A DNA stretch of 64,000 nt. It comes from Phoronis australis (Eukaryota > Animalia > Phoronida). Where the stretch lies: contig NMRA01000369.1 in assembly GCA_002633005.1 (NCBI GenBank), positions 82,614 through 146,613 of the forward strand, given 5' to 3'. Within the stretch, counting starts at the first letter, position 1. Every line of letters starts with the position of its first letter. Both the position numbers and the translations under genes were made by a program. The notes under the pieces were generated by a model. That model was not told the origin of the DNA. It saw only the letters and a program-made list of their open reading frames with translations, and did not search any database. Below are positions 12,956 to 24,560 of the stretch, piece after piece.

Positions 12956-13267
12956 CTCACTGTGGGCATTTCTGTGCTTGGAGGAGTTACGTTTCTTCTT
13001 CTTGTCTGTGTCTGCGTTGTGACCATTCTATACCGTCGAAACAAGCTCCCGTGGTGGACAAGGAAGCCAAAGACTACAAACGTCCTCTATACAATTGACG
13101 ATGTAGACAGACGTCCCCAGGAAAGTCTGCACAATTTTGAAATTCCCCTATACGGACATTGCAGTGAGGGAGACACAGATGATGACCTATACGAAAATAT
13201 TAGTGAACATGGATTTGATGATGTAGAAACAGCTGATCCCCTATACGGAAATTGTAGTGTAATGTAA
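12956..13267 (+). CDS. Mucin-like membrane protein, TM helix and Tyr-motif cytoplasmic tail (terminal exon)
   Basis: Acceptor GCTTTCAG|; hydrophobic LTVGISVLGGVTFLLLVCVCVVTILY followed by RRNK; tail motifs LYTI, LYGH, LYENI, LYGN. Confidence 0.85.
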   Translation, partial: LTVGISVLGGVTFLLLVCVCVVTILYRRNKLPWWTRKPKTTNVLYTIDDVDRRPQESLHNFEIPLYGHCSEGDTDDDLYENISEHGFDDVETADPLYGNCSVM

Positions 13268-15311
13268 GTATGATGGACTAATGATTAGACTATGTAGTAG
13301 CATAGCTTTCTTACAAGTTATAAACCTGTAATGCGCCCGATATCATCGTTACGATCGTTACAATTTAAACACTTAAAAATATATGCATGGTGCCAATTTA
13401 CATAATATGTAACTTGCTATAACGTTTTTTCTTTTTCTTTTATCTAATTTCAAGCCTTTTTACCCAAAAGTTGTAACTCTCCCGCAATCAGAAATTGCCG
13501 ACTTTTCTCGTAGAATTCAGAGACCTGTGTGTTCCCAGTGTACATAAGTTCAGGAACGATTCCCATCTGATTGTAAGACCGTTGTCATTTTATTTGGTTT
13601 ATTTGATTCACATTTTTATTTTTGTTATATAAATTTGGTTGTCTATTGTCCAAATGTTTTCTTATCATCAAGGTTAGGCAGATTTCAAAGTTAGAAGAAA
13701 AAAATCATCGTAAATTTGTAAGTGTATTTTCTTCAGCGCCCTGACGTGAAACCGGGATCAAGAGGCAACTGCTTGGCAATTTCTGAAGCTACCGACAGCG
13801 TGTTTTATCGGGTTAGATACCTTGGCAACAAACCGATGCCGGGGTTTTGGCCGTTAAAAAATAAAGAGTTGATTTTTATAACAAAAACTTATTTTCGAAC
13901 TCAAACTAGTGAGCTTTTCACCTAGATTGAATAACGTGAACCCGTACTTGGGTTTTTTTCTGACCGGACACCAAAGCGACAAAGTCTCCGAGAGATGTCC
14001 TGAATCCTTTCCCCACATAGTAAACTGCTAAATATTGACTTAAGAGAGAAATAAAGCAATCTTCCGGAAACTTTTAACGTATTCATCAAACTTTGTCCTA
14101 CTGACCATTTATAACATTATTTCGCAAACAGTTGTACTTTAAGAACTATGTTGTCGCTCATTGTTCAATCCATCTTATCTCGATTTTTGATTAAGCAATG
14201 TTTTATTCAAGCACAGCAGATACATCCCTTTATACATAATGTATTGAATGTATATGCCAGTCGCTGCCAAGGCTCAAGGTGTAAGTCGGCGGCTAAAGAA
14301 AATTGGAAATCTGTTTCCAATTGTGAACAAATTCCAGGACTTGGCGTGATTTTATCTTACTGCCACCACTGAGTCTTTGCGCGGAGTCGCCTTAGCCGCT
14401 TACTGAAGCGTTTTAGTTTTTCCTTTCAAGGACATTTCAAACATTTATTAAAATTGACAAGTTTTACAATATTTCACATATGTCTAGCAAAATACCTCAT
14501 CTTCATTCGCGGGTAACACCAAATACGAAATATATACCGTGTAGCGAGAAAAAAAGATTTAGCAGAACCACCTTAGAACTGCACAACCGCGTGGAAATAT
14601 AGTCACTACTTATCCGAGGTCAAAGGTTATAGGCTGTCGCTCAAATCGAATCTCACCCCAGGCACCGAGCAACTCCATATGAACCGTCAGTCATTCACCG
14701 AGTCGCAATAACATTATGTCTACGACACGTTTATATCGTAGGAAGATGCCGGGAAAAACATATTTACGCCTCAGGTACTTGCAATTGAAATAAAGAGCAG
14801 TTAGGCACCGTAGGTTAGGCCTAAATAGTGATTCCAAGTCCAGCAGAAATTGGCATTTATTCATTGAAGCATCTCAAGTCACAAATTGTTAAGCTACACT
14901 TAATTTTCCAGTGCGAGTGAACGTACTAGCGAATACGGTAGCGACGCCGCTGGAAAAGAACGGATGCACTTACGGGTGACTAAGAGGTGAGTATGAACCA
15001 GTGTTTGTCTCTTTATGTATGTTGTGATGTCAAAGACAACACAAAATTCTTTGAAGATTTAAAAATTTTGGGCACTACTCACGTGCACGGGACCCGTATG
15101 TTGAGAACCGGTTTGACGCCTGTTATTCTGTGTTGAAAACTGGCTTTTAAAATGTGTGACACGTGTAAGTGATTATTACCAATCTTTTTTTTATATCAGA
15201 GTTCCAATGTGTTCTGAAACCCAAAATTTAGTTGCCGCTGAAAAATGCATTAATTCGCAGTTTGTTTGGCAGCAGCAGAAATTCACCTCAAAGTCTGCAT
15301 CTCTTCACAGC

Positions 15312-16379
15312 ATGTCAAGAGAAGGCAAAGGTGGTGATAACGCAAGCTTAACGGTCAGGAGAAGAACAGGTCCTGGTAACGTCATCAAAAATACCGGAAG
15401 CACGTCATTCTCAGTCATTCTTGGCGAAAATTCAGTTGATGTCTTTTCGGATATCTCAGACACCAATGAAATACTTAATTTGTGCCAAGGATACTTCGAC
15501 GATTTAAACCAAGAACCTGTCAAAGAAAGTATAATTGAGAAAGTGATATACATTCCTTTAGGATTAAGGGGCGTAATTAATGAAGCGTTCGATGAAAAGG
15601 AGATTTATTATGATCAGCAAATGCCTTCATCTTACTGCAAGGCTGACCTTTTGACGTCACGCCAAAGAATTAGTGAAGAAGCCATCCCAGACGTGTTGTA
15701 TACGGTGGAGAATGAAACACTGCAGACCAACCCAGCTGAAGAAAGTGCTCAATCTGAAGCGGTTGCGGAGCCCTTCGACATGTCTGCCTCAAACTCACGC
15801 CCCCATGCGGCCGACTTCAATAGAGGAATGGTCATAAAAAAGACAATAGGACCATCTGGTGGTTGCATAAAACTTTTGGGAGTGGCATTGGACATCCCCT
15901 CAGGTGCACTATCAAGCAATAAAGAAATCTGCGTCGGAATTTTATGGCACAAAGAAGTTTTGCCAAAGCTGTCTAAAAAGCAGACTTTGCTAAGTCCAAT
16001 TGTTGTGTGTGAGCCCCACGCCCTACGGTTTGACAAACCAGTAACCTTAACTTTACCGCACTGCGCTCGAGACGTTCGTCTAAACTGGGATATCACCTTG
16101 CTAAAAAGTGAAACTACGGCCAACCAAGTCACCAACTGGAAACCCCTGACGTTGGAGGACTATGATGAAAGATCATTCCACGACAGTCACGTCATTGTCA
16201 AACTTTACCATTTTACACTGTATGCTCTGGTTGGACAGAGCAAACAGAAAGCGTGTGCTTCTAAATGTGTCAACCTTGTGGCATTTGCTCCTCCTCTTCA
16301 ACACAGGAAGTTTTTTAAAATACGATTGTACTGTACAAACTATTATACTGAACTGAGGGAAGAAGAACAAGAACTTGAG
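15312..16379 (+). CDS. ZU5-UPA-death domain protein (UNC5CL/PIDD-like), coding exon 1: N-terminus, ZU5, start of UPA
   Basis: Acceptor CTCTTCACAG|CATG; ZU5 signature IGPSGG..GVALDIPSGAL..LLSPIVVCEP..FDKPVTLTLPHCA..YHFTLYALVG; donor GAG|GTAAAT; likely non-coding exon ending ~14987 (AG|GTGAGT). Confidence 0.92.
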
Positions 16380-17148
16380 GTAAATTTCGTTCATTTTAAG
16401 CTCAAGAAGGTTGCGAAGTCAAAGTGTAACATGCAAATACAGTGGTTTAAATTAAGTACACATAGGCTTCAAACTGTTTGGGTGGTCAATAAATGACGGT
16501 CTCTGCAACATAATTCTACTGAAGGCCTGTTTTGTTACAGTATGTCTTGTTAAAAAAAGAATGCAGTCCTAGTCCTAAGGAATGGCTGCTAAAAATGTCA
16601 TTATTAGTGGTTTAAGGAAGATAAACAGCAATGGGCCTAAACTTGTCTTCCATCACAAAAACAACTTTTGATTGAGATAACGAATCCTTCGAAATAGGTG
16701 TCAAGTTGTTTTTCAGGCAAACTGGAGGTGATTCCAGGTCTTCGATAGAGCTGACAACTCGTTATTAATTGAGATCAGGGTCTTTTATCCATGCTCATGC
16801 GATACGGAGTTCGTCCATTTCTGTAATACGTTATCATATACATTACTACATATAGTAATATCATATGTATGTACATTACGACGTCGTACGGAAAAGGACG
16901 AATATTGTATCGAACGAGCGTGCACCGGCGAAGCATGGTCTCACGGAATAACAAACTGTCATCTCTTTGCAAACCCAGAAATTACGGATAAAGAATCAGT
17001 TGTGGTCTAAATCAAAATTTCGCTTCTTAGACGGAACGCCGGTTTATAGTCGCTTTGGCAATGTTTGTGTTTACATAATCTTCGTTGTCCCTGTCATATT
17101 TTTTCTTTGCTTTTTGTCTACTTAACTTTCACCACTACCAATCGCCCC

Positions 17149-17950
17149 TTAAAAGAAAATACAGGGATATTTTGACGTTTGGGTAAATAACAGGAACTAA
17201 AATGACTTTTTAGGGTACAAGTTATGTAAATCACGTGAGTTCACTTACCATTTTATCCTGTAAATACTGTTATTGCAAAATCGCATCAGCGTCTTCCTTG
17301 CAAAATTCTCAAGTCATTCAACCGTCAGTTCATGTATTTGAAATCAAAGTGTATAATTCGTGAAAGTTCTTCAGATTGTAAATTATTATTATTTTTACAA
17401 CTGTAATCCGGCGACAGACCAAGTCCGTTTGTGCGCAGGATCGCGGAGATGGCAAACAGAGTGAATGGAATTCGAGCTATGTCGAGTTAATTGTTGCGTT
17501 CCTGGCTGTACTCGTTGACGAGATGCAAACTCGCCGAAGTACCTTTCCATCAATTCCCGATGGCAAATGCGCGGAGAAGGGAGTGGATGGTAAAGACTGG
17601 GATCGATGTCAGACTGGGGATCCCGATTTTGAGAGTCCGACTCATGCCACCTTATCAAAGTCATCCGGCTGGATTTCATGTACAACGGCGAAACTTCTAA
17701 GTTCACCGCACTACCAAATCCAAGAACCGACGAATGACATGAGGCACTGGTGACGATTTTGCAATATCATTATACTGAATAAGATGGCGGTGAATAGGCC
17801 TAAATGTGACGCCAACTTCCGCTTCCGGGAAAGCTTGATTAGATTTCGACAAATCAATTTTTTACAAAAATGGTATCTAGTTATCTAAAAAGTCATTTTG
17901 GATACAATTACATGTCCAAGCCTCCAAAAATCCAGGAATTGTCCTTTTAG
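17149..17950 (+). mobile_element. Degenerate Kolobok-like DNA transposon remnant with THAP-domain fragment
   Basis: Frameshifted CCVPGC / PFHQFP..RRREW / DFESPTHA at ~17492-17665 fits the THAP consensus; imperfect inverted ends next to TTAA/TTAG. Superfamily is inferred. Confidence 0.55.
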
Positions 17951-18406
17951 TTTTGTGAATTTGGTGCGCATAACATGAGACGTCATGTAGGCCTACGCAC
18001 CGAATTATGGGATAGTGGTCACCCAAAGCAGCACTGTGTAGATGTAGGTGATCACTTCATTTTAGTAGTAGCTAAAGCACCGGTTCAGCTTATCATTGAT
18101 TCGAGTCAACAGCGCACGGCGCACACGATCGCCTGCGTGACATTTTCAAGATTCGGGGGTGAGATTCGTATCCTCAAGTCCATGCCTTGGGATGCGCACG
18201 CATCGATTTTGGCGATCAATATGAATAGGTCAATGGCAGCTTCCACACGTTGTTTTCCCCTGTGTTAAGCATGTATTAGCGAATACCTCAACATTAACAG
18301 ACAAGTTATACAATTATTCCTACGTTTGTGCCACCTCAAATATACTCAATTTCTTGATATATTCAAAATTATCTCTGAATTCAGAATCCAAAATATTTTA
18401 TTACAG

Positions 18407-18709
18407 AAGGTGCGATGTGGTGAACGGGAAATAGGAGGTAACCGACTGAACGCTACAAGTCGTCTCATCATCCGTGACAGTGGCTCCAACTTATGCTCTT
18501 CACTTGAGAATCTTAGTCCTGGTTGGACGACTAATTCTAATCAGCTTGAAATTGACTTTGAGACAGCGTGGCACGGATATCTGCCAAGCTGTGAATTTAT
18601 TTTAAAGCCGGATGGTCTCAGAGACGAAATAGCATGTGACCTAAAAACTTTCCAGTTGGACCGACCCGAGAAAGCCAGTATTATATCTGTTGCAGAACAA
18701 ACGAAGCAT
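18407..18709 (+). CDS. ZU5-UPA-DD protein, coding exon 2 (UPA domain)
   Basis: Acceptor TTATTACAG|, donor CAT|GTAAGT, phase 0/0, 101 codons; EREIGGNRL..LSPGW..EIDFETAWHG..CEFIL resembles UPA. Confidence 0.88.
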
Positions 18710-19037
18710 GTAAGTATACAAGAGTTATAACGTGGTAAATCCCTCCACACGGGATCGAGCTGTTTCGGATGAGGTGTTGGCTATCTTTTAGGACAATATC
18801 AAAGCCTTTCAAAACTCGATTTCACCGAGTTCCGCCGCATATACTAACAGCTTCTTATTTAATTTGAACTTTCCTCGTCTTGTAAAATTTTGCTTTTCAA
18901 GGACAAAAATGGGGATACCCGCATAAATATATGTGTTTCTACGTAAAATATGATTATAGGTGGGTACCTGTCAGTAAAAGTTGATCAGCGAAGTATCTCT
19001 TTGTAACTGAGTACAACAAATTCGGGATGGGTCTATC

Positions 19038-19174
19038 TATAAACTGGACCCGCCGTGACGGGTCCAGTTATATTTATATAGCATGACCCGCAGTGATGGG
19101 TCTGGACCTGTCGTGACGGTTCCAATTATAAACTGGACCCGTCGTGATGGGTCGAGTTATATTTATATAGATAG
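19038..19174. repeat. Palindromic tandem repeat running into the assembly gap
   Basis: Units such as TAAACTGGACCCG-CCGTGA-CGGGTCCAGTTA repeated up to the N-run at 19175. Confidence 0.8.
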
Positions 19175-19874
19175 NNNNNNNNNNNNNNNNNNNNNNNNNN
19201 NNNNNNNNNNNNNNNNNNNNNNNNNNNNNNNNNNNNNNNNNNNNNNNNNNNNNNNNNNNNNNNNNNNNNNNNNNNNNNNNNNNNNNNNNNNNNNNNNNNN
19301 NNNNNNNNNNNNNNNNNNNNNNNNNNNNNNNNNNNNNNNNNNNNNNNNNNNNNNNNNNNNNNNNNNNNNNNNNNNNNNNNNNNNNNNNNNNNNNNNNNNN
19401 NNNNNNNNNNNNNNNNNNNNNNNNNNNNNNNNNNNNNNNNNNNNNNNNNNNNNNNNNNNNNNNNNNTTTCAATAAGTTACCTGCCCTCTATAGGTGCCCG
19501 GCTAAATGGATCCAAGGTTCACTATTTTCGGTCACGTGTTGTTGACTGTCTGATTCTAACAAAACTGTTATCTGTGTAAATGAAATTCTTAGAAGTTTTT
19601 ATTTTATGCTTTCTCGCTCAAAAGTAGTAATCAATTGCTGTCGTTTATCGATTTTTGTTGTTCTGTAATCTTGTCAATCCCTGTGTTCTTAAACTCTAAA
19701 TTATTGGCAAAGCGCGACTCAGAAGGTTTTGCTGCTGCATGAGATAGGACAATGGGAATTTTCTCAAAAATGTTTATTCAGTTGAGCTCAACTTACTGGA
19801 TACTTGTTAATTTGTAAACTGTGCACTTCAGAACTACATCCCTGAGTTTTGGAACATCTAACTTAACGTTTCAG

Positions 19875-20174
19875 AATCTTTTTGGCGAGAGGCATCTGAC
19901 AACATTCCCATACGAGCTATGTCGGTTTCTCATGGTTCATCTTGACGTATCCAACCCGTTGCATCGTGATTGGCGCGCTGTCGCTGAACACTTACGCATG
20001 GACACAGCCTTGGTAACGTGGGTGGAACAGCGACAGCAGAGCCCTACTATGTTCATACTCCAAGAATGGGAGAAACAAAGGCGATCGTTGGAGAGCTTCT
20101 ACGAATTTATGAAAAATCTAGATAGGCAAGATGTGGCATCGGAAGTTATGAAGTATCTTGCATCTGGACAGTGA
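19875..20174 (+). CDS. ZU5-UPA-DD protein, terminal exon (death domain)
   Basis: Acceptor AACGTTTCAG| phase 0; LD..HRDWRAVAEHL....SPTMFILQEW....L..FMKNLDRQDVA is a typical death-domain pattern. Confidence 0.92.
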   Translation, partial: NLFGERHLTTFPYELCRFLMVHLDVSNPLHRDWRAVAEHLRMDTALVTWVEQRQQSPTMFILQEWEKQRRSLESFYEFMKNLDRQDVASEVMKYLASGQ

Positions 20175-20727
20175 TCGGCAAATGATCAACCTGGAACAGC
20201 GAAGTAGGATTTGCCGCAGCCATCTGCTTGTTGTCTGTTACACAACTTACAGTGTATTATGTTATAGACTGGATCCACCCGTTATACTCAAATGTCGGAT
20301 AGATGGCACTTAAGTTGTTTTTGTCAGAAACTGAATTCGCTCCACTGTTCTCAGTTTTGATTTGAAAAGTGATGTTTGATCATGGTTTGCGTTGAAACAG
20401 CACTCATAAAAACTACCCTTTCAGCGTTCTATCGCCGAATATTCTGGAAGGATTGTTTAAAATCTTCTTCAACAAATAACCTGAGAAGAATGTTTGTCAA
20501 AATTTAGTTGGGTTACTGTACGAGAGGCAAACACTCTAATTACAGTAGGAAACCAAGCTTAAAATCCAGTTGTCTAGCCACTGGTGGAGATTGTCCCACA
20601 ACTCTTTAGTTAATTTCATGTTTAATGTTCAATTTAGACGATTTTAAATAAGGCTTTTGGTATCAATGCAATTCCTGATCAAGGCTGGTGTCAAAGTCTA
20701 AGAATTCAGCTTGTTCCCTTCCTGAGG

Positions 20728-20848
20728 CATGGGCGGCGCAGCATAGGGGTCAGTGCTACGCCGCCCATGGTCTATAGGCGGTGCACCACAGGGGGGCTGA
20801 AGGGGCTTTAGCCCCCCCATCACTTTTCTCAGTGCTGCGCCGCCCATG
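20728..20848. mobile_element. Short CATGGGCGG-terminated MITE-like element
   Basis: CATGGGCGGCGCAGCA ... TGCTGCGCCGCCCATG inverted termini, with an internal extra terminus. Confidence 0.55.
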
Positions 20849-23427
20849 TGAGGGAGAGTTGGGAATTTAGTTCCCCTGTTTTGGTCTTGGCAAACTGCAC
20901 GAGTTTTTGGCCTCGCTGTAAGATTGGGTTAAGCGTAAATGCAACTTCGATTTAAATTTGAATCTTAATGACGTGAAGGAAAGATTTAGTCTTCGCACAC
21001 GCCACATGTTGGTCACAGTTCGAGACATGTAATTAAGTCTGTAATTAAGATCCATGTCTCGACCGGGACTCGAAGCCAACTAAAGACTTTCTACTTACCG
21101 TGCAGGCCATCTTGTCCACTGATGTATCCGGGCAATTGGTCAATTATAGAAGTCCTACCAAACTTAATCGGAGACATCTTTCCCTTCTTACTTGAGAGTA
21201 AATATTCATGTAAGATTAACAAACCTTACACGTAAGAAGACTGATATTCTTACTTATACCATATCAACGCGCGCTAAGTCGTGACAAATACAATCATACA
21301 CCACTGACGTGATGTTTGGTACACTACAGGATGGATAAAGAAAAATTGTCCATTGTACGATGCTTGTTTGCTGAAATACGATTATTCTTTTTTGAAACTA
21401 TTTGACTAGTTCAAAATTAACATTTCATTTTCATCAAAAAAGCAATGTGGAAATAAAACTTCTTAAGCCAACGACTGAACCAGTCGTCGTTTCCAAAGTG
21501 TATGAATGTGACATGTGAATGAAAATACCCTAGTTTCAATATATTATTTGTATTATATAAACTGTGCGTAGTGTGTTGCATTATGGCTAGGGTACATCCA
21601 TGGAATAAGATACTAAAAAGAGATCTGATTCGAAAGCCTTGATTGGTACAGAGATTGTTCAACTGCCGTAAGACAGTCTCATTGTTTTCTTGCTACCAAT
21701 TGGCTGTATTGGTGCGTTCAAACTAAGCAAAATGTACAGCTAATTGAATGCCTGGGCAAAGTGGGCAATGAGCCGAGTTCTCAGTAGATCTTGACTGTCA
21801 CAGGCACCTTTAATCAACCCTCGACGATAAAATGTAATAAGGAGGCAACATTTACGGCAAAGCGGATAGTGACCGAAATGACAGTACAGGCAGAGTAAAC
21901 TGGTGGAACAGCTAACACTATAATGTTATTGTTTACTCTCTAACCGGCCACAAGGCAAGTACAATAATTAATCCACATACAAGCATAATGATTTGGACAA
22001 ATGGAAGGAAATTGGATAGTGACCTTGAAATGTTGACCTGTTTTTCTGGTACCCAATCAGCGTGCTCCTGGAGTAGAATAAGGATAATGTTACTGTTTTT
22101 AGCATTCTGGTGATGTCAGAGCATACGCATTAGTTGACGCCAATGGATCATTTCGGTCGACTAGCTACGCTTTGCCGTGGATGTTGTCGATTAAAATAAG
22201 GAAAATTTGGAGGTATTTATTGGTTTCGATGTCAACAAATGAAACTAGTGAACGTGCTGCAGTGGCAGGTAAAATGTGACTTAAAGTACTCCCAGGTTGG
22301 CAAGCTTCGAGTTATTCCAGAAGTGCCTGGCGGACCGGGCGGCCATATTGGATAGTAATTGTATTTACCTTTCTCCATTATAGTATATCGTCGAGGGCTA
22401 ATTAAACTGAGTGCCTGTGCTTGAGTTGACCAATAGGCCTGTTGGAAACGAGGCATGACGTTCTTTAACTTCGAAACGAGAGGAGCGCACTGCTTAAGGC
22501 TCCGAGACGAACTGCTCCCACAAGCACACAAAGTAGGCCTTAGAAATAAAATTGTAAAGAAAAAACTTGCCTTTGAATATGTTTGCAGTCAGAGTTTATT
22601 GATTGTAAAACAAAAGTATAAAATTAAACGACACAAAACACATAGCGAAGTTCCCCGGTCGGATACTTACAAGAAACTGACAACGCGAAAAAAGCAATAA
22701 AATCAAGTGTGAAGCGATCTAATGATAGTGTTACATAATCTACTACAACACACAATTTACCATACATATAATCTACTACACACGGGTGTTCACAAACGCC
22801 TAACAGGGAAAAAAATGTACAGCACTTGATACACATGAGAGCATATTTGTAGAACTAGCTTAAGTGTACCCATTTTCGACACCTTTCCACATTATTTTGC
22901 ACTTCCAAATAAATTCTGTTGTATTTCTGGAAAGCTTGCCTGGGCTTTCGGATGGTGTCACCTAACAGAAAATCGATCAAGATCAAAATTTTACGATCGA
23001 TAGAAGACAACACAATTAGTTCACGAAATCACGTCTCTAGAAATCTTTGGGATTTCCTGACACGTAGTAATCAAGTAAATTATATTTAAAAAATCCAATA
23101 TTATTTAATGTACGTTTCCCCAAATATTCAAAGTGGAAACTCCTCAGTCGTCTGCTTCAAAAACAAGATTTGGCGCACGTGAGATCCAGTAGACAAGACG
23201 GCAAGCCCACAGCCTCCGAAACTTGAACGGAATTCAATTAATAGACACATTTTAAGACCCTGAAATAAATACTTATTCAACAATGTAAGGGTGTCGATCG
23301 CAGGTACACTGTTGCTACTTATGACGGGAATTTGAGAGGATTTATTTAAATAAACAGCTTATTATTTAAAATGACTTATTCTTATTAAAATGAAATAGGC
23401 AAAAAATTGAATTTCGGACCTCAAAAG

Positions 23428-23682
23428 CGAGGCCCCCTATATTAATATAGAGGGCCCCGCCGAAAGGAGGCCGGAGACCGGGGCCTTCCATATTAATATA
23501 GAGGGCCCCGCCGAAAGGAGGCCGGAGACCGGGGGCCCTCTATATTAATATAGGGGCCCCGCCGAAAGGAGACCGGAGAGCGGGGCCCCTATATTAATAT
23601 AGAAGGCCCCGCCGAAAGGAGGCCGGAGAGCGGGCCCTCTATATTAATATAGAGGGCCCCACCGAAAGGAGGCCGGAGAGCG
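23428..23682. repeat. ~51-bp minisatellite, 5 units, each with a long palindrome
   Basis: Unit GGGGCCCTCTATATTAATATAGAGGGCCCC-GCCGAAAGGAGGCCGGAGAC/GC. Confidence 0.95.
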
Positions 23683-23740
23683 AAAAATTTTGAAGCAATT
23701 GGGCATCACAAACAGCATGCTTCTTGTGACATCTATTTGT

Positions 23741-24560
23741 ATCATAAAAATGGCCACCAGATGGCGCAAAACATGTCAACTCCATCCGAAAACAGAAACA
23801 TCGTTTCTTTAATAGAAAGTATTAACCATAAAAATCTGTCAAGAAACTATAGAGAAACAAAGGAAGACCGGAAAAAATGGAATGGCCACTAGGGGGCAAT
23901 GCACCTGAAAGTTGTCAATATCTGTTCTCAACATGATATGAATATACTTGCTAAATTTAATTAAGATCCTGCAGTAGGCTTAGGACATACAGCTATAGGC
24001 GCAAAAAAGCTAGGAGGCGCCACAGTAGTTAGTCGTCATCGTCAGCCATACTCTTCAAACTGAGAACAGATATATCCATTTTCACAATAATCCATAGAAT
24101 GGTTTAGTTGATAGAGGAGCAGATGCCAAAAAAACGATTGGAAAAAACATAAATGGCCACTAGGTGGCGCAAAATGTCTCAAATAAATCGGAAAATAGGG
24201 AGATAGCATCATGTCACCAATAAACTGCCACTAGGAGGTGCCACAGTAGCCAGATTAATCAGAAAATCATCGTCAGGCTTTCTCTTCATAGTAAGAAAAT
24301 ACATGCATGCCAATTTTTACAATCATCTTTAAGAGCGGTTTGGTTGATAGAGAGGCGGATGCCAATAAACAGTGAAAATGGTTATTAGGTGGCGCAAAAT
24401 ACCTTGACTCCTTCCGAAAACAGGAATATAGCATCATCCTACTAACAGGTGCCTAATGCCAAGTTTCACAAAAATCTGTAGACGACCTTTAAAGATACAG
24501 AGGTAAATGTAAAAAAATAATTGCCACTAGGGGGCACAATGGTTGTCAGATCCATCCGAA
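23741..24560 (+). promoter_or_regulatory. Cluster of co-oriented CTCF-like motifs in an internally repetitive element
   Basis: TGGCCACCAGATGGCGC (23751), TGGCCACTAGGGGGCA (23883), TGGCCACTAGGTGGCGC (24154), TGCCACTAGGAGGTGC (24226), TGGTTATTAGGTGGCGC (24379), TGCCACTAGGGGGCAC (24522). Confidence 0.55.

Noticed and set aside
15156-15311. N-terminal extension of the 446-aa ORF (and its tail 16380-16496)
   Set aside because: GTG start and intron-like sequence before the acceptor at 15310; tail lies beyond the donor at 16380.
19074-19475. Long ORFs containing X runs (also 57273-58173)
   Set aside because: Artefacts of N-gaps.
23428-23690. GCCGAAAGG..GGCC..CGAAA as a hammerhead ribozyme, or the array as CRISPR
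   Set aside because: No CUGANGA box; no unique spacers or cas genes; eukaryotic context.
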